A stretch of 64,000 nt of DNA, taken from NCBI RefSeq assembly GCF_048403405.1, contig NZ_CP183129.1. One strand, 5' to 3'. The position numbers were made by a program, and so were the translations under genes. Below are positions 1 through 9,041 of the stretch, piece by piece (the first letter of the stretch is position 1; every line of letters begins with the position of its first letter). The notes under the pieces were generated by a model. It saw only the letters and a list, made by a program, of their open reading frames with translations, made no database searches and was not told the DNA's origin. This DNA comes from Escherichia coli. Its GTDB lineage: Bacteria; Pseudomonadota; Gammaproteobacteria; Enterobacterales; Enterobacteriaceae.

Positions 1-1
1 G

Positions 2-766
2 CTGACTTTCGCGACCGAAGAAGAAATTCGTGCCGTGGTTAAAGCCGGTCCGGGTTCACTGGGTCCGGTAAACATGCCGATTCCGGTGGTGATTGACCGT
101 ACCGTTGCAGCGATGAGTGATTTCGCTGCTGGTGCTAACATCGATGGTAAACACTACTTCGGTATCAACTGGGATCGCGATGTCGCTACCCCGGAAATTG
201 CTGATATCCGTAACGTGGTGGCGGGCGATCCAAGCCCGGATGGCCAGGGTACACTGCTGATCAAACGTGGTATCGAAGTTGGTCACATCTTCCAGCTGGG
301 TACCAAGTACTCCGAAGCACTGAAAGCCTCCGTACAGGGTGAAGATGGCCGTAATCAAATCCTGACGATGGGTTGCTACGGTATCGGAGTAACGCGTGTA
401 GTAGCTGCGGCGATTGAGCAGAACTACGACGAACGCGGCATCGTATGGCCTGACGCTATCGCGCCGTTCCAGGTGGCGATTCTGCCGATGAACATGCACA
501 AATCCTTCCGCGTACAGGAGCTTGCTGAGAAACTGTACAGCGAACTGCGCGCGCAGGGTATCGAAGTGCTGCTGGATGACCGCAAAGAGCGTCCGGGCGT
601 GATGTTTGCTGATATGGAACTGATCGGTATTCCGCACACTATTGTGCTGGGCGACCGTAACCTCGACAACGACGATATCGAATATAAATATCGTCGTAAC
701 GGCGAGAAACAGTTAATTAAGACTGGTGACATCGTCGATTATCTGGTGAAACAGATTAAAGGCTGA
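2..766 (+). CDS. proS: Prolyl-tRNA synthetase, C-terminal part (5' end lies outside the window)
   Basis: ORF 35..766 translation matches the class II ProRS C-terminal anticodon-binding region; reading frame is open back to the window edge; followed by a hairpin plus T-run terminator. Confidence 0.93.
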
Positions 767-775
767 TGCCAGAAA

Positions 776-802
776 GGGTCCTGAATTTCAGGGCCCTTTT
801 TT
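776..802 (+). terminator. Intrinsic terminator after proS
   Basis: Imperfect GC-rich inverted repeat gggtcctga/tcagggccc immediately followed by tttttt, about 10 nt after the proS stop. Confidence 0.7.
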
Positions 803-818
803 ACATGGATTGTATAAA

Positions 819-1643
819 ATGGATAAACCAAAGGCGCATTGCTGCCTGCTTCTCCCCTGCTTTCTTTTCCTTTCGGCCTGTACCGTAGATATCAGCCAGC
901 CAGACTCATCAGCCACAGCGGTAGATGCCGGGGCGAAAACATGGGCAGTCCAATTCCAGCATCAAAGCTCTTTCACCGAACAATCAATAAAAGAAATAAC
1001 GGAACCTGATCTCAAACCCGGCGATTTGCTGTTCTCCTCAAGCCTTGGGGTAACCTCATTTGGAATCCGCGTCTTCAGCACTTCCTCTGTGAGTCACGTT
1101 GCAATCTATCTGGGTGAAAATAACGTTGCAGAAGCGACAGGCGCTGGCGTCCAGATTGTTTCCCTCAAAAAAGCGATGAAGCATAGCGATAAGCTTTTCG
1201 TCTTACGAGTCCCGGATCTTACCCCGCAACAAGCCACAGAAATCACCGCGTTCGCCAACAAAATTAAAGATAGCGGTTATAACTATCGCGGCATTGTCGA
1301 ATTTATTCCCTTTATGGTGACTCGCCAGATGTGCTCACTGAATCCGTTCTCCGAGGATTTTCGTCAACAGTGCGTCAGCGGCCTGGCGAAAGCGCAGTTA
1401 AGCAGTGTGGGCGAAGGAGACAAAAAGTCGTGGTTTTGTTCGGAGTTTGTCACTGATGCATTTGCCAAAGCCGGGCATCCGCTTACCCTGGCGCAGTCGG
1501 GCTGGATTAGTCCTGCCGACCTGATGCATATGCGTACTGGTGATGTCTCTGCGTTTAAGCCAGAAACGCAGTTACAGTATGTTGGGCACCTGAAGCCAGG
1601 GATTTATATCAAGGCGGGTCGCTTTGTTGGGCTGACTCAGTGA
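819..1643 (+). CDS. yaeF: Putative lipoprotein / NlpC-P60-like endopeptidase YaeF
   Basis: ORF 810..1643; N-terminal signal peptide with lipobox LSAC; position between proS and nlpE as in K-12; start taken at the second in-frame Met to give the 274-aa form. Confidence 0.8.
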   Translation: MDKPKAHCCLLLPCFLFLSACTVDISQPDSSATAVDAGAKTWAVQFQHQSSFTEQSIKEITEPDLKPGDLLFSSSLGVTSFGIRVFSTSSVSHVAIYLGENNVAEATGAGVQIVSLKKAMKHSDKLFVLRVPDLTPQQATEITAFANKIKDSGYNYRGIVEFIPFMVTRQMCSLNPFSEDFRQQCVSGLAKAQLSSVGEGDKKSWFCSEFVTDAFAKAGHPLTLAQSGWISPADLMHMRTGDVSAFKPETQLQYVGHLKPGIYIKAGRFVGLTQ

Positions 1644-1645
1644 TG

Positions 1646-1669
1646 AAAGCCGGAGAATGCTCCGGCTTT
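1646..1669. terminator. Bidirectional hairpin between convergent yaeF and nlpE
   Basis: Perfect inverted repeat aaagccggag / ctccggcttt with a 4-nt loop, lying between two convergent stop codons. Confidence 0.6.
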
Positions 1670-1672
1670 CAA

Positions 1673-2383
1673 TTACTGCCCCAAACTACTGCAATCCTGG
1701 TTTGGGTAAAATTTCCCTGCCGTATCGGGTGCTAATACTTTGGTTGGCGCACCGGTATCCGGATTAGCCTCAAGCGTAAAGTGACCTTCTACTGACAGTA
1801 ACATCGGTTTTTCACTATGACCGCGCGCAGTCAGGTAGCCACGCTCCAGCTCTGCGTTATTCGCTACCATGAAACGTTTTCCGGTCGCGCAATCAGTGAA
1901 GGTCGCCGCATCAGCCATATAAAAATACATGCCCCGCAGGGTCATCGGCGTCATGGGTAAACTGGATTGCGCCGGTTCCAGCGTATAGTTGAACTGCGAT
2001 TCAATCGGATTACCTTCACGATCGAGCATCTCCAGCGCATCTCCTTTCGCCCGATAATATGACTTTTCACCTTTGCTGTCGGTTAATACCAGCTTGTCAG
2101 CGGTTCGCGCCCATGTACCGTAGGAAGCGAAAGAGGAAGGCTCTTCACGCGCACCAAGATAGCGCTCATTCATCACCCAGGTTCCGTCTTTTTCGAGGAA
2201 CAGAGAGGTTTCGATCCCTTCGCAATCAGCACACGGCAGCACGCCGCGCCAACTTTGCGGCATCGGTTTCAGTTCGGCAGCCTGCGCCGGAGAAAGCGTG
2301 TCGACTTCGGCCCGATTATTACATCCCATCAGAGTAAAGAGGCTGATTACAGCCATCGCTGTCACTATCGCTTTTTTCACCAT
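1673..2383 (-). CDS. nlpE: Outer-membrane lipoprotein NlpE (Cpx envelope-stress sensor)
   Basis: 236-aa ORF with signal peptide and lipobox LMGC, a CxxC motif, and conserved position. Confidence 0.88.
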   Translation of the reverse strand: MVKKAIVTAMAVISLFTLMGCNNRAEVDTLSPAQAAELKPMPQSWRGVLPCADCEGIETSLFLEKDGTWVMNERYLGAREEPSSFASYGTWARTADKLVLTDSKGEKSYYRAKGDALEMLDREGNPIESQFNYTLEPAQSSLPMTPMTLRGMYFYMADAATFTDCATGKRFMVANNAELERGYLTARGHSEKPMLLSVEGHFTLEANPDTGAPTKVLAPDTAGKFYPNQDCSSLGQ

Positions 2384-2396
2384 CCATTCCTTCTTT

Positions 2397-2819
2397 TTAT
2401 TCCCGACCGCTGCGCACTTTGCCGCGCATCGCCTTCACGCTTGATTTTTGTGCTTTCGATGCCAGCCTGCGCTCTTTTGATGCGCGGGTGGGCCGCGTGG
2501 GTCGTCGGGCTTTTTGTTCTGTTGTTAAATCTTTAATCACTGCCACCAGCCGGGCCAGCGCCGCTTCGCGGTTGAGCTCCTGATTGCGGTATTCCTGTGC
2601 CTTAATGACAATCACGCCATCACTGCTGATCAAATGATGGCTGGCGGCGAGCAGACGCTCTTTGTAATACTCTGGCAGGCTGGACGCCCGAATGTCAAAA
2701 CGCAGATGAATAGCCGTTGAGGTCTTATTAACATGCTGCCCGCCCGCGCCCTGCGCACGAATGGCGGTGATCTCAAGCTCACCATCGGGGATAGCAACAT
2801 GTCGGGAAATCACAATCAT
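2397..2819 (-). CDS. arfB: Peptidyl-tRNA hydrolase ArfB (alternative ribosome rescue factor B, YaeJ)
   Basis: 140-aa ORF with the class-I release-factor-like GGQ motif ([12 protein letters not shown]) and a basic C-terminal tail. Confidence 0.9.
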   Translation of the reverse strand: MIVISRHVAIPDGELEITAIRAQGAGGQHVNKTSTAIHLRFDIRASSLPEYYKERLLAASHHLISSDGVIVIKAQEYRNQELNREAALARLVAVIKDLTTEQKARRPTRPTRASKERRLASKAQKSSVKAMRGKVRSGRE

Positions 2820-3361
2820 GAAGGTTGTTGCCAGACGGTTAAGTTCACTTCCAGATTATTCTTATCATCCGATAACCAGATCACGCCATCCTGAATCGTT
2901 GCCTGCAGCGTCATGGTACGATCGGCAAAGGCGCTCACTTTCGCCAGCTGCTCGTCGTCCAGATACCAGACGGAAAGATTGGCAAACTGCGCACATTTGC
3001 TCTGATTTTGCTGCCACCAGATTTGCGCCGCCCGACTATTATAGGTAAACAGCGCCACTTCTGCGGCCTGGGTGCAGGCTTTCTTAATTCGTCGCTCATC
3101 CGGCAGCCCCAGCTCAATCCACAAATCAATGCCCAAATGATCGTTACGCCGCCACGCTTCCGGCTCATCATCGGCACACAAACCACGGGTAAATTGCAGA
3201 CGTTCATCAGCATATTTCAGCCACGCCAGCAGGCGCAGCATCATACGCTCCTGGGTTTCTGAAGGATGGCGCGCCAGCGTCAGAGAGGCATCGAGAAACT
3301 GGTTGCGGTCGAGATCGGCCACATTAACCGTCGCTTTATAAATTGTCGCTTTAAGCGCCAT
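2816..3361 (-). CDS. yaeQ: YaeQ family protein
   Basis: 181-aa ORF; its stop overlaps the arfB start by 4 nt; position as in K-12. Confidence 0.85.
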   Translation of the reverse strand: MALKATIYKATVNVADLDRNQFLDASLTLARHPSETQERMMLRLLAWLKYADERLQFTRGLCADDEPEAWRRNDHLGIDLWIELGLPDERRIKKACTQAAEVALFTYNSRAAQIWWQQNQSKCAQFANLSVWYLDDEQLAKVSAFADRTMTLQATIQDGVIWLSDDKNNLEVNLTVWQQPS

Positions 3362-3526
3362 AAGAAAACTCCTTTCGAATCAGGAGGCCATTGTAACGGA
3401 ATACGTGCAGTTGCGGCGCTGATATTGCAGAAATGAGTGTGGTATAGTCACCTTGCGAAACAGAGTTTATCTTCGTAGGCTTAGACTTGCATCCACGGTT
3501 AAGTCAGAGTGCTGACAGGAGGGCAT

Positions 3527-3727
3527 GTGGAAAAATATTGTGAGTTAATACGCAAGCGGTACGCGGAAATCGCCAGCGGAGACTTAGGATACGTTCCGGA
3601 CGCGCTGGGCTGCGTTTTGAAAGTGCTGAATGAAATGGCTGCCGACGACGCCCTTTCTGAGGCTGTCAGGGAAAAAGCAGCATACGCTGCGGCAAACTTA
3701 CTGGTGAGCGATTATGTCAATGAATGA
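3527..3727 (+). CDS. yaeP: UPF0253 small protein YaeP
   Basis: In-frame GTG start at 3527 preceded by a GGAGGG Shine-Dalgarno; product [23 protein letters not shown]... of about 66 aa. Confidence 0.75.
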
Positions 3728-3974
3728 TACGTATCAACCAATCAATTGTGATGATTACGATAATCTTGAGCTCGCCTGCCAGCATCATTTAATGCTGACA
3801 CTCGAGCTGAAAGATGGCGAAAAATTGCAGGCGAAGGCCAGCGATTTAGTCTCCCGCAAAAATGTGGAGTATCTGGTCGTCGAGGCCGCTGGTGCAACCC
3901 GCGAGCTGCGTCTGGATAAAATTACCAGCTTTAGCCACCCGGAAATCGGTACGGTGGTGGTGAGCGAGTCCTGA
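3720..3974 (+). CDS. rof: Rho-binding antiterminator Rof (YaeO)
   Basis: 84-aa product starting [23 protein letters not shown]...; overlaps the yaeP 3' end by 8 nt. Confidence 0.88.
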
Positions 3975-3983
3975 TTGACTTTC

Positions 3984-4016
3984 GCCGGATGCGACGTTTG
4001 AAGCGTTTTATCCGGC
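3984..4016. repeat. REP-like (repetitive extragenic palindromic) element between rof and tilS
   Basis: gccggatgcgacgtttgaagcgttttatccggc resembles the REP consensus (GCCGGATG...CATCCGGC-like arms); sits between convergent genes. Confidence 0.6.
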
Positions 4017-4022
4017 TTTCAC

Positions 4023-5320
4023 TTAACTAAGCGTTTTCTGCCAGACAAAACTGACGCCATTCTCACCTTCAGCCACACCTTCTTGCGTCACAAATACCCC
4101 TGCCGCCGCAATCAACGTTTCGCCATAAAACAGCAGTGGCGTGGTGTCACGTAGCCACGGCGGCACACCCAGCTCTTGCCAGATTTTCTTCAGCTTACGT
4201 CCGCCGTTGCGCCCGATAATATGCAGCAATCCTGGCGCTTTGAAACGCACGCTGACCGCTTCGTCTGCACGCGGAGGGCGAATATCGCCTCCCGCAGTAA
4301 GCTGTACACTTCCCAGTCCCGCCGGTAATTCCAGCGGTTGTAGCCACGTCTGCCACGGCACAATGGTTTCGCTTTGCCCGGCAACGGATTTAATCCACCA
4401 CAGTTGCGACTGATAGCGGCGGATTTCAAACGCGCCCAGACGTAAACAGGGGGAAGCATCTTCCCGCGCCAGCGCCACTTCCTGCCAGATCCGCACCAGC
4501 GCGTCGCGGGAAGGCATCGGTGCATTCTGCCCTGCCAGCCAGCGGCGGATAATTGCCGCGCGACGGGCATCACTCATCGCCAGCATTGGCGCAATCTGCA
4601 GCGTCCCCTGCGGCGTTTGGCAGTGCGCTAAATCATCTGCCAGCAATTCATCCAGCAGGCTCTCTTGTTCAGCACAAAGTGCGGCGCTGCGGGCCGTTGC
4701 GTCGGCAAAATGCGGCCAACGCTGCTGCAATAACGGCACTACGCGCAGGCGCAGAAAGTTACGATCGTATGAGTCGTCCTGATTACTTTCGTCTTCAATC
4801 CAGCGTAAACCATGCGCCAATGCCCACTGCTCCAGTTCCCCCGCGTGCGGGCGAGCAACGGGCGGATAAGCCGTGTTCCGGCAAACTCCGAAACTTCCGC
4901 CATAGCCGAAAGCCCGGCAGGGCCGCTACCGCGTTTTAGCGCCAGCAGAAAGGTTTCACATTGATCGTCGAGATGTTGCGCGGTGACCAGCACTTCGCCG
5001 GGCAATAGGGTACGGGCAAATGCCTGATAACGCGCCTGCCGCGCCTGGGCCTCAATCCCCAGCCCCTCTTGCGCAAGTTGTACGCGTTCGACCACCAGCG
5101 GCACCTGCCACTGTTGGCAGATGTTCTCGCAATGCCTAACCCAGGCATCGGCATTGGCACTTAAACCGTGATGCACATGGATAGCGCGTAGAGTGACGCC
5201 CGGATTTTCCGTCCGCCACTGCACCAACTGATGCAGCAAAACGGTGGAGTCAAGCCCGCCGCTAAAGGCCACCAGAATCTGGCGTGAGGTGAGAAGTTGT
5301 CTATTGAGCGTGAGTGTCAT
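4023..5320 (-). pseudogene. tilS: tRNA(Ile)-lysidine synthetase TilS, disrupted by a 1-nt frameshift (or sequencing error)
   Basis: N-terminal ORF 4739..5320 carries the PP-loop SGGLDS and the C-terminal ORF 4023..4820 continues the protein in another frame; the frames switch at a C5 run at 4838..4842 (G5 on the coding strand), where one extra base would restore ...[17 protein letters not shown]... Confidence 0.85.
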
Positions 5321-5384
5321 GATGGTGCGATTTTACAGTAGCAATGCCCGGCACGTTACCGGGCAAATGCGGCGATGACAAGCC

Positions 5385-5774
5385 TTACTGCTCATACAGT
5401 TCCAACGGCAGCCCGTCCGGATCGTTAAAGAACGTGAAGCGTTTTTGCGTGTATGGATCGACACGGATGGCTTCACACTTCACGTTATGGCTTTCAAGGT
5501 GCGCCACTGCCGCATCGATATCATCAACGCTAAAAGCCAGATGACGCAGGCCGCAAGCTTCCGGTCGGCTGGGGCGCTCCGGCGGGAACGGAAATGAGAA
5601 AAGCTCAATCACATATTGCCCATTAAGCGCCAAATCCCCTTTCCACGAGTCGCGCGCTTCGCGATAGACTTCGCTTTGCAGCGTGAAACCAAGAATATCG
5701 CAGTAAAACGCTTTGCTCACCGCATAATCCGTCGCAATAATCGCAATATGGTGAACCTGTTTTAAACCCAGCAT
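5385..5774 (-). CDS. yaeR: Glyoxalase/VOC-family protein YaeR
   Basis: 129-aa product MLGLKQVHHIAIIATDY... within ORF 5385..5801; start set at the Met matching the known N-terminus. Confidence 0.85.
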   Translation of the reverse strand: MLGLKQVHHIAIIATDYAVSKAFYCDILGFTLQSEVYREARDSWKGDLALNGQYVIELFSFPFPPERPSRPEACGLRHLAFSVDDIDAAVAHLESHNVKCEAIRVDPYTQKRFTFFNDPDGLPLELYEQ

Positions 5775-5830
5775 AACGTCTCCTTTATTTGTTAACAGCA
5801 CGTTACTCGCCCGGAAGCCGCTCTGGCAAG

Positions 5831-7972
5831 TTATCCCGCCATTTTTAGGACTCGTACGCGGTAAACGCCGTCTTCGTCCTGTTTCGCGCCGTGAATATCC
5901 GTTTCAAAACCGGGGTAATGTTGCCCTACGGAACAAAGCATCAGTAGAAAATCGAGTACTGTGCGGCTCTCTTTGGTCAGCATTTCTCCTGGCATCAGCA
6001 GCGGTACGCCCGGTGGATAAGGCAGGATCATATTTGCCGACACCCTACCAACCAGTTGTTCCAGCGCAATGGTTTCTACTTCGCCTTTAATCTGCCTCTG
6101 CCATGCCTGATGTGGCGTCATGATCATCTCCGGCAAGGTATCGAATGCCCGCAACATCAAACCGGGAAGATCGTGTTTACGAATCAGCTTATGGATCCCT
6201 TGCGCCAGATCCTGAATGCGCATATTGCGGTAGAAATCGGGATCTTCTGCATAGAGATCGGGTAGCATATTTTTGATCCGCAGGTTGAGATCGTAAGAGC
6301 GCTTAAATTCCGTCAACCCACGCAATAATCCCATTGCTTTGGTTTTATCGATTCCAATACTAAAGAGAAACAGCAGGTTATAAGGACCGGTTTTCTCTAC
6401 TACGATCCCTCGTTCGTCGAGGAATTTTGCTACCAGCGCCGCCGGGATCCCCTCCTCGCTCATATTGCCCTGCTCGTCCATCCCCGGTGTCAAAATAGTG
6501 ACTTTAACCGGATCGAGAAACATATGATCGGCATCCGCATCGTTAAAGCCGTGCCACTGTTCGCCAGGCGCAACGGGCCAGCATTCGGCTTCATCCACCT
6601 GCGGCGGTTGCCAGATATCGAAAAACCAACCGTCAGACTCTTCCCGCAGCCGCTGGACCTCTTTGCGAAAATGCAGCGCCCGCTCCACCGAACGGTTAAT
6701 CAGCCGTTTGCCCGGATTACCACGCAGCATCGCCGCCGCCGTCTCAACCGAAGCAACAATGGGATAACTGGGCGAGGTGGTGGTATGCATCATAAAGGCT
6801 TCGTTAAACGCCTCTTCGTCATACTCGCCTTTAATGTGGATCAGCGAAGCCTGCGATAACGCCGCCAGCATTTTGTGGGTCGACTGCGTTTCGAAGATCA
6901 CTTTTCCCGCAACACGCTCGCCGCTCATACCACTTTTACCCTGGTAGATCGGATGAAAATGGGTGTACGGCACCCAGGCAGAATCGAAGTGAATCGACGG
7001 GACATCCAGCGTCTGTTTGATCCAGTCGGTGTTGTAGAGCAAGCCATCATAGGTGGAGTTGGTGATCACCGCATGAACCGGCCATTGAGCTTGCGTGGTA
7101 GCAGCGACTTTCTCTTCGATGCTGTCGCGAGTAAATTCACGGCGCGGGATCCCACCAAGAATCCCCAACGCATTACGCGTCGGTTTCAGCCAGACTGGCA
7201 CTACATCGTTCATCATCAACAGATGCGCCAGCGATTTATGACAATTGCGGTCGATCAACAGCGTACTGCCGGACGGCGCGGCGTACATACCCACAATTTT
7301 GTTAGACGTCGATGTTCCGTTGGTAACGATATAACTCTGTTCCGCGCCAAAAGTCCGCGCGATGTACTCTTCCGCTTCCAGGTGTGGCCCGGTGTGGTCG
7401 AGCAACGAACCAAGCTCGGTAACCGAAATAGAGACATCAGCCTTAAGAGTATTCCCGCCGAAAAAATCATAAAACAGACAGCCAACCGGGCTTTTTTGAT
7501 ATGCGGTGCCGCCCATATGACCCGGCGTACAAAAGGTGTACTTCCGCTCTTTGACGTAGGTAAACAAGGCTTTCGTGAACGGCGGTGTAATGTTATCAAG
7601 ATATTCGTCGGTGTACTGACGCATACGAATGGCGATATCTTCTGCCTGCCCCAGCGCATATTCAAAAAACCAGAGCGCCATCCGCATATCCTGCACGCTG
7701 ACATCCATCGTCGAGTGGGTGTTGATGAAGGCATAAAGCGGGAGATATTCATTAAGCTGATTGATATCGCTACATAAATCGAGACTGTACTCATCCCAGT
7801 CAAAAATCACGCCGCAAATTCGAGGGTTATGTTCAATAAATTTCAGCAAATCAACGCTGTTTTGTGGCCAGATAATCTGAAAGCCTTGCGCCACCAGCGC
7901 CGACTCCAGTTCTTTGATGGGCTCATCTTTATAAAAGACGCCATGCGGTCCCATAATGGCAATGATGTTCAT
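5831..7972 (-). CDS. ldcC: Lysine decarboxylase, constitutive (LdcC)
   Basis: 713-aa ORF with fold-III PLP-decarboxylase features (...STHKMLAA... Lys region); position next to accA. Confidence 0.92.
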   Translation of the reverse strand: MNIIAIMGPHGVFYKDEPIKELESALVAQGFQIIWPQNSVDLLKFIEHNPRICGVIFDWDEYSLDLCSDINQLNEYLPLYAFINTHSTMDVSVQDMRMALWFFEYALGQAEDIAIRMRQYTDEYLDNITPPFTKALFTYVKERKYTFCTPGHMGGTAYQKSPVGCLFYDFFGGNTLKADVSISVTELGSLLDHTGPHLEAEEYIARTFGAEQSYIVTNGTSTSNKIVGMYAAPSGSTLLIDRNCHKSLAHLLMMNDVVPVWLKPTRNALGILGGIPRREFTRDSIEEKVAATTQAQWPVHAVITNSTYDGLLYNTDWIKQTLDVPSIHFDSAWVPYTHFHPIYQGKSGMSGERVAGKVIFETQSTHKMLAALSQASLIHIKGEYDEEAFNEAFMMHTTTSPSYPIVASVETAAAMLRGNPGKRLINRSVERALHFRKEVQRLREESDGWFFDIWQPPQVDEAECWPVAPGEQWHGFNDADADHMFLDPVKVTILTPGMDEQGNMSEEGIPAALVAKFLDERGIVVEKTGPYNLLFLFSIGIDKTKAMGLLRGLTEFKRSYDLNLRIKNMLPDLYAEDPDFYRNMRIQDLAQGIHKLIRKHDLPGLMLRAFDTLPEMIMTPHQAWQRQIKGEVETIALEQLVGRVSANMILPYPPGVPLLMPGEMLTKESRTVLDFLLMLCSVGQHYPGFETDIHGAKQDEDGVYRVRVLKMAG

Positions 7973-8027
7973 GTGTTCCTCCTGGAAAATCCTTCCTTAA
8001 TCATAGCCTGCTCAAACCGTGGCGATA

Positions 8028-8054
8028 AAAAAGGGCCACCGAAGTGACCCTTTT
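8028..8054 (-). terminator. Intrinsic terminator after accA
   Basis: On the minus strand a GC stem (gggtca/tggccc-like) is followed by tttttt just past the accA stop. Confidence 0.55.
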
Positions 8055-8069
8055 CAGAACATTTGCGAA

Positions 8070-9029
8070 TTACGCGTAACCGTAGCTCATCAGGCGCTGA
8101 TAACGACGATTTTTTAAATCTTCAGTGCTTAACACGTCGAGATCGGCCAGATCCGCCAGCAGCTGCGCTTTCAGAGACGCCGCCATCGCTTCCGGGTTAC
8201 GGTGAGCACCACCCAGCGGTTCCGGGATGATGGAGTCGATCAGTTTCAGCTCTTTCAGACGCGGAGCGATGATACCCATCGCTTCAGCCGCCAGCGGCGC
8301 TTTGTCGGCGCTCTTCCACAGAATGGACGCACAACCTTCCGGCGAGATAACGGAATAGGTGCTGTATTGCAGCATATTCACTTTATCGCCCACGCCAATC
8401 GCCAGCGCACCGCCAGAACCACCTTCACCGATAACCGTACAAACTACCGGTACGCTAAGGCGAGACATTTCACGCAGGTTGCGTGCAATGGCTTCAGACT
8501 GACCGCGCTCTTCTGCGCCCACGCCCGGATAAGCCCCCGGGGTGTCGATAAAGGTGATGATTGGCATCTTAAAGCGTTCAGCCATTTGCATCAGACGCAG
8601 TGCTTTGCGGTAACCTTCTGGCGCTGGCATACCAAAGTTACGGCGAATTTTTTCTTTGGTTTCACGACCTTTTTGATGACCAATGATCATCACCGGACGA
8701 CCATCGAGACGGGCGATACCACCGACGATAGCTTTATCGTCTGCATACGCGCGGTCGCCAGCCAGTTCGTCAAATTCATCAAATGCCAGGCGAACGTAAT
8801 CCAGGGTATAAGGACGCTGTGGATGGCGTGCCAGTTGCGCAATCTGCCATGCACCGAGATCGGCGAAGATTTTACGTGTCAGTTCTACGCTTTTTTCACG
8901 CAGACGATGCACTTCTTCATCGATGTTAATATCCAGTTTCTCATCCTGACGGCTAACCGCAGTCAGAGAATCGATTTTCGCTTCCAGCTCTGCAATCGGC
9001 TGTTCAAAATCAAGGAAATTCAGACTCAT
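8070..9029 (-). CDS. accA: Acetyl-CoA carboxylase carboxyltransferase alpha subunit
   Basis: 319-aa [23 protein letters not shown]..., the canonical AccA N-terminus. Confidence 0.95.
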   Translation of the reverse strand: MSLNFLDFEQPIAELEAKIDSLTAVSRQDEKLDINIDEEVHRLREKSVELTRKIFADLGAWQIAQLARHPQRPYTLDYVRLAFDEFDELAGDRAYADDKAIVGGIARLDGRPVMIIGHQKGRETKEKIRRNFGMPAPEGYRKALRLMQMAERFKMPIITFIDTPGAYPGVGAEERGQSEAIARNLREMSRLSVPVVCTVIGEGGSGGALAIGVGDKVNMLQYSTYSVISPEGCASILWKSADKAPLAAEAMGIIAPRLKELKLIDSIIPEPLGGAHRNPEAMAASLKAQLLADLADLDVLSTEDLKNRRYQRLMSYGYA

Positions 9030-9041
9030 AGTATTCCTGTA

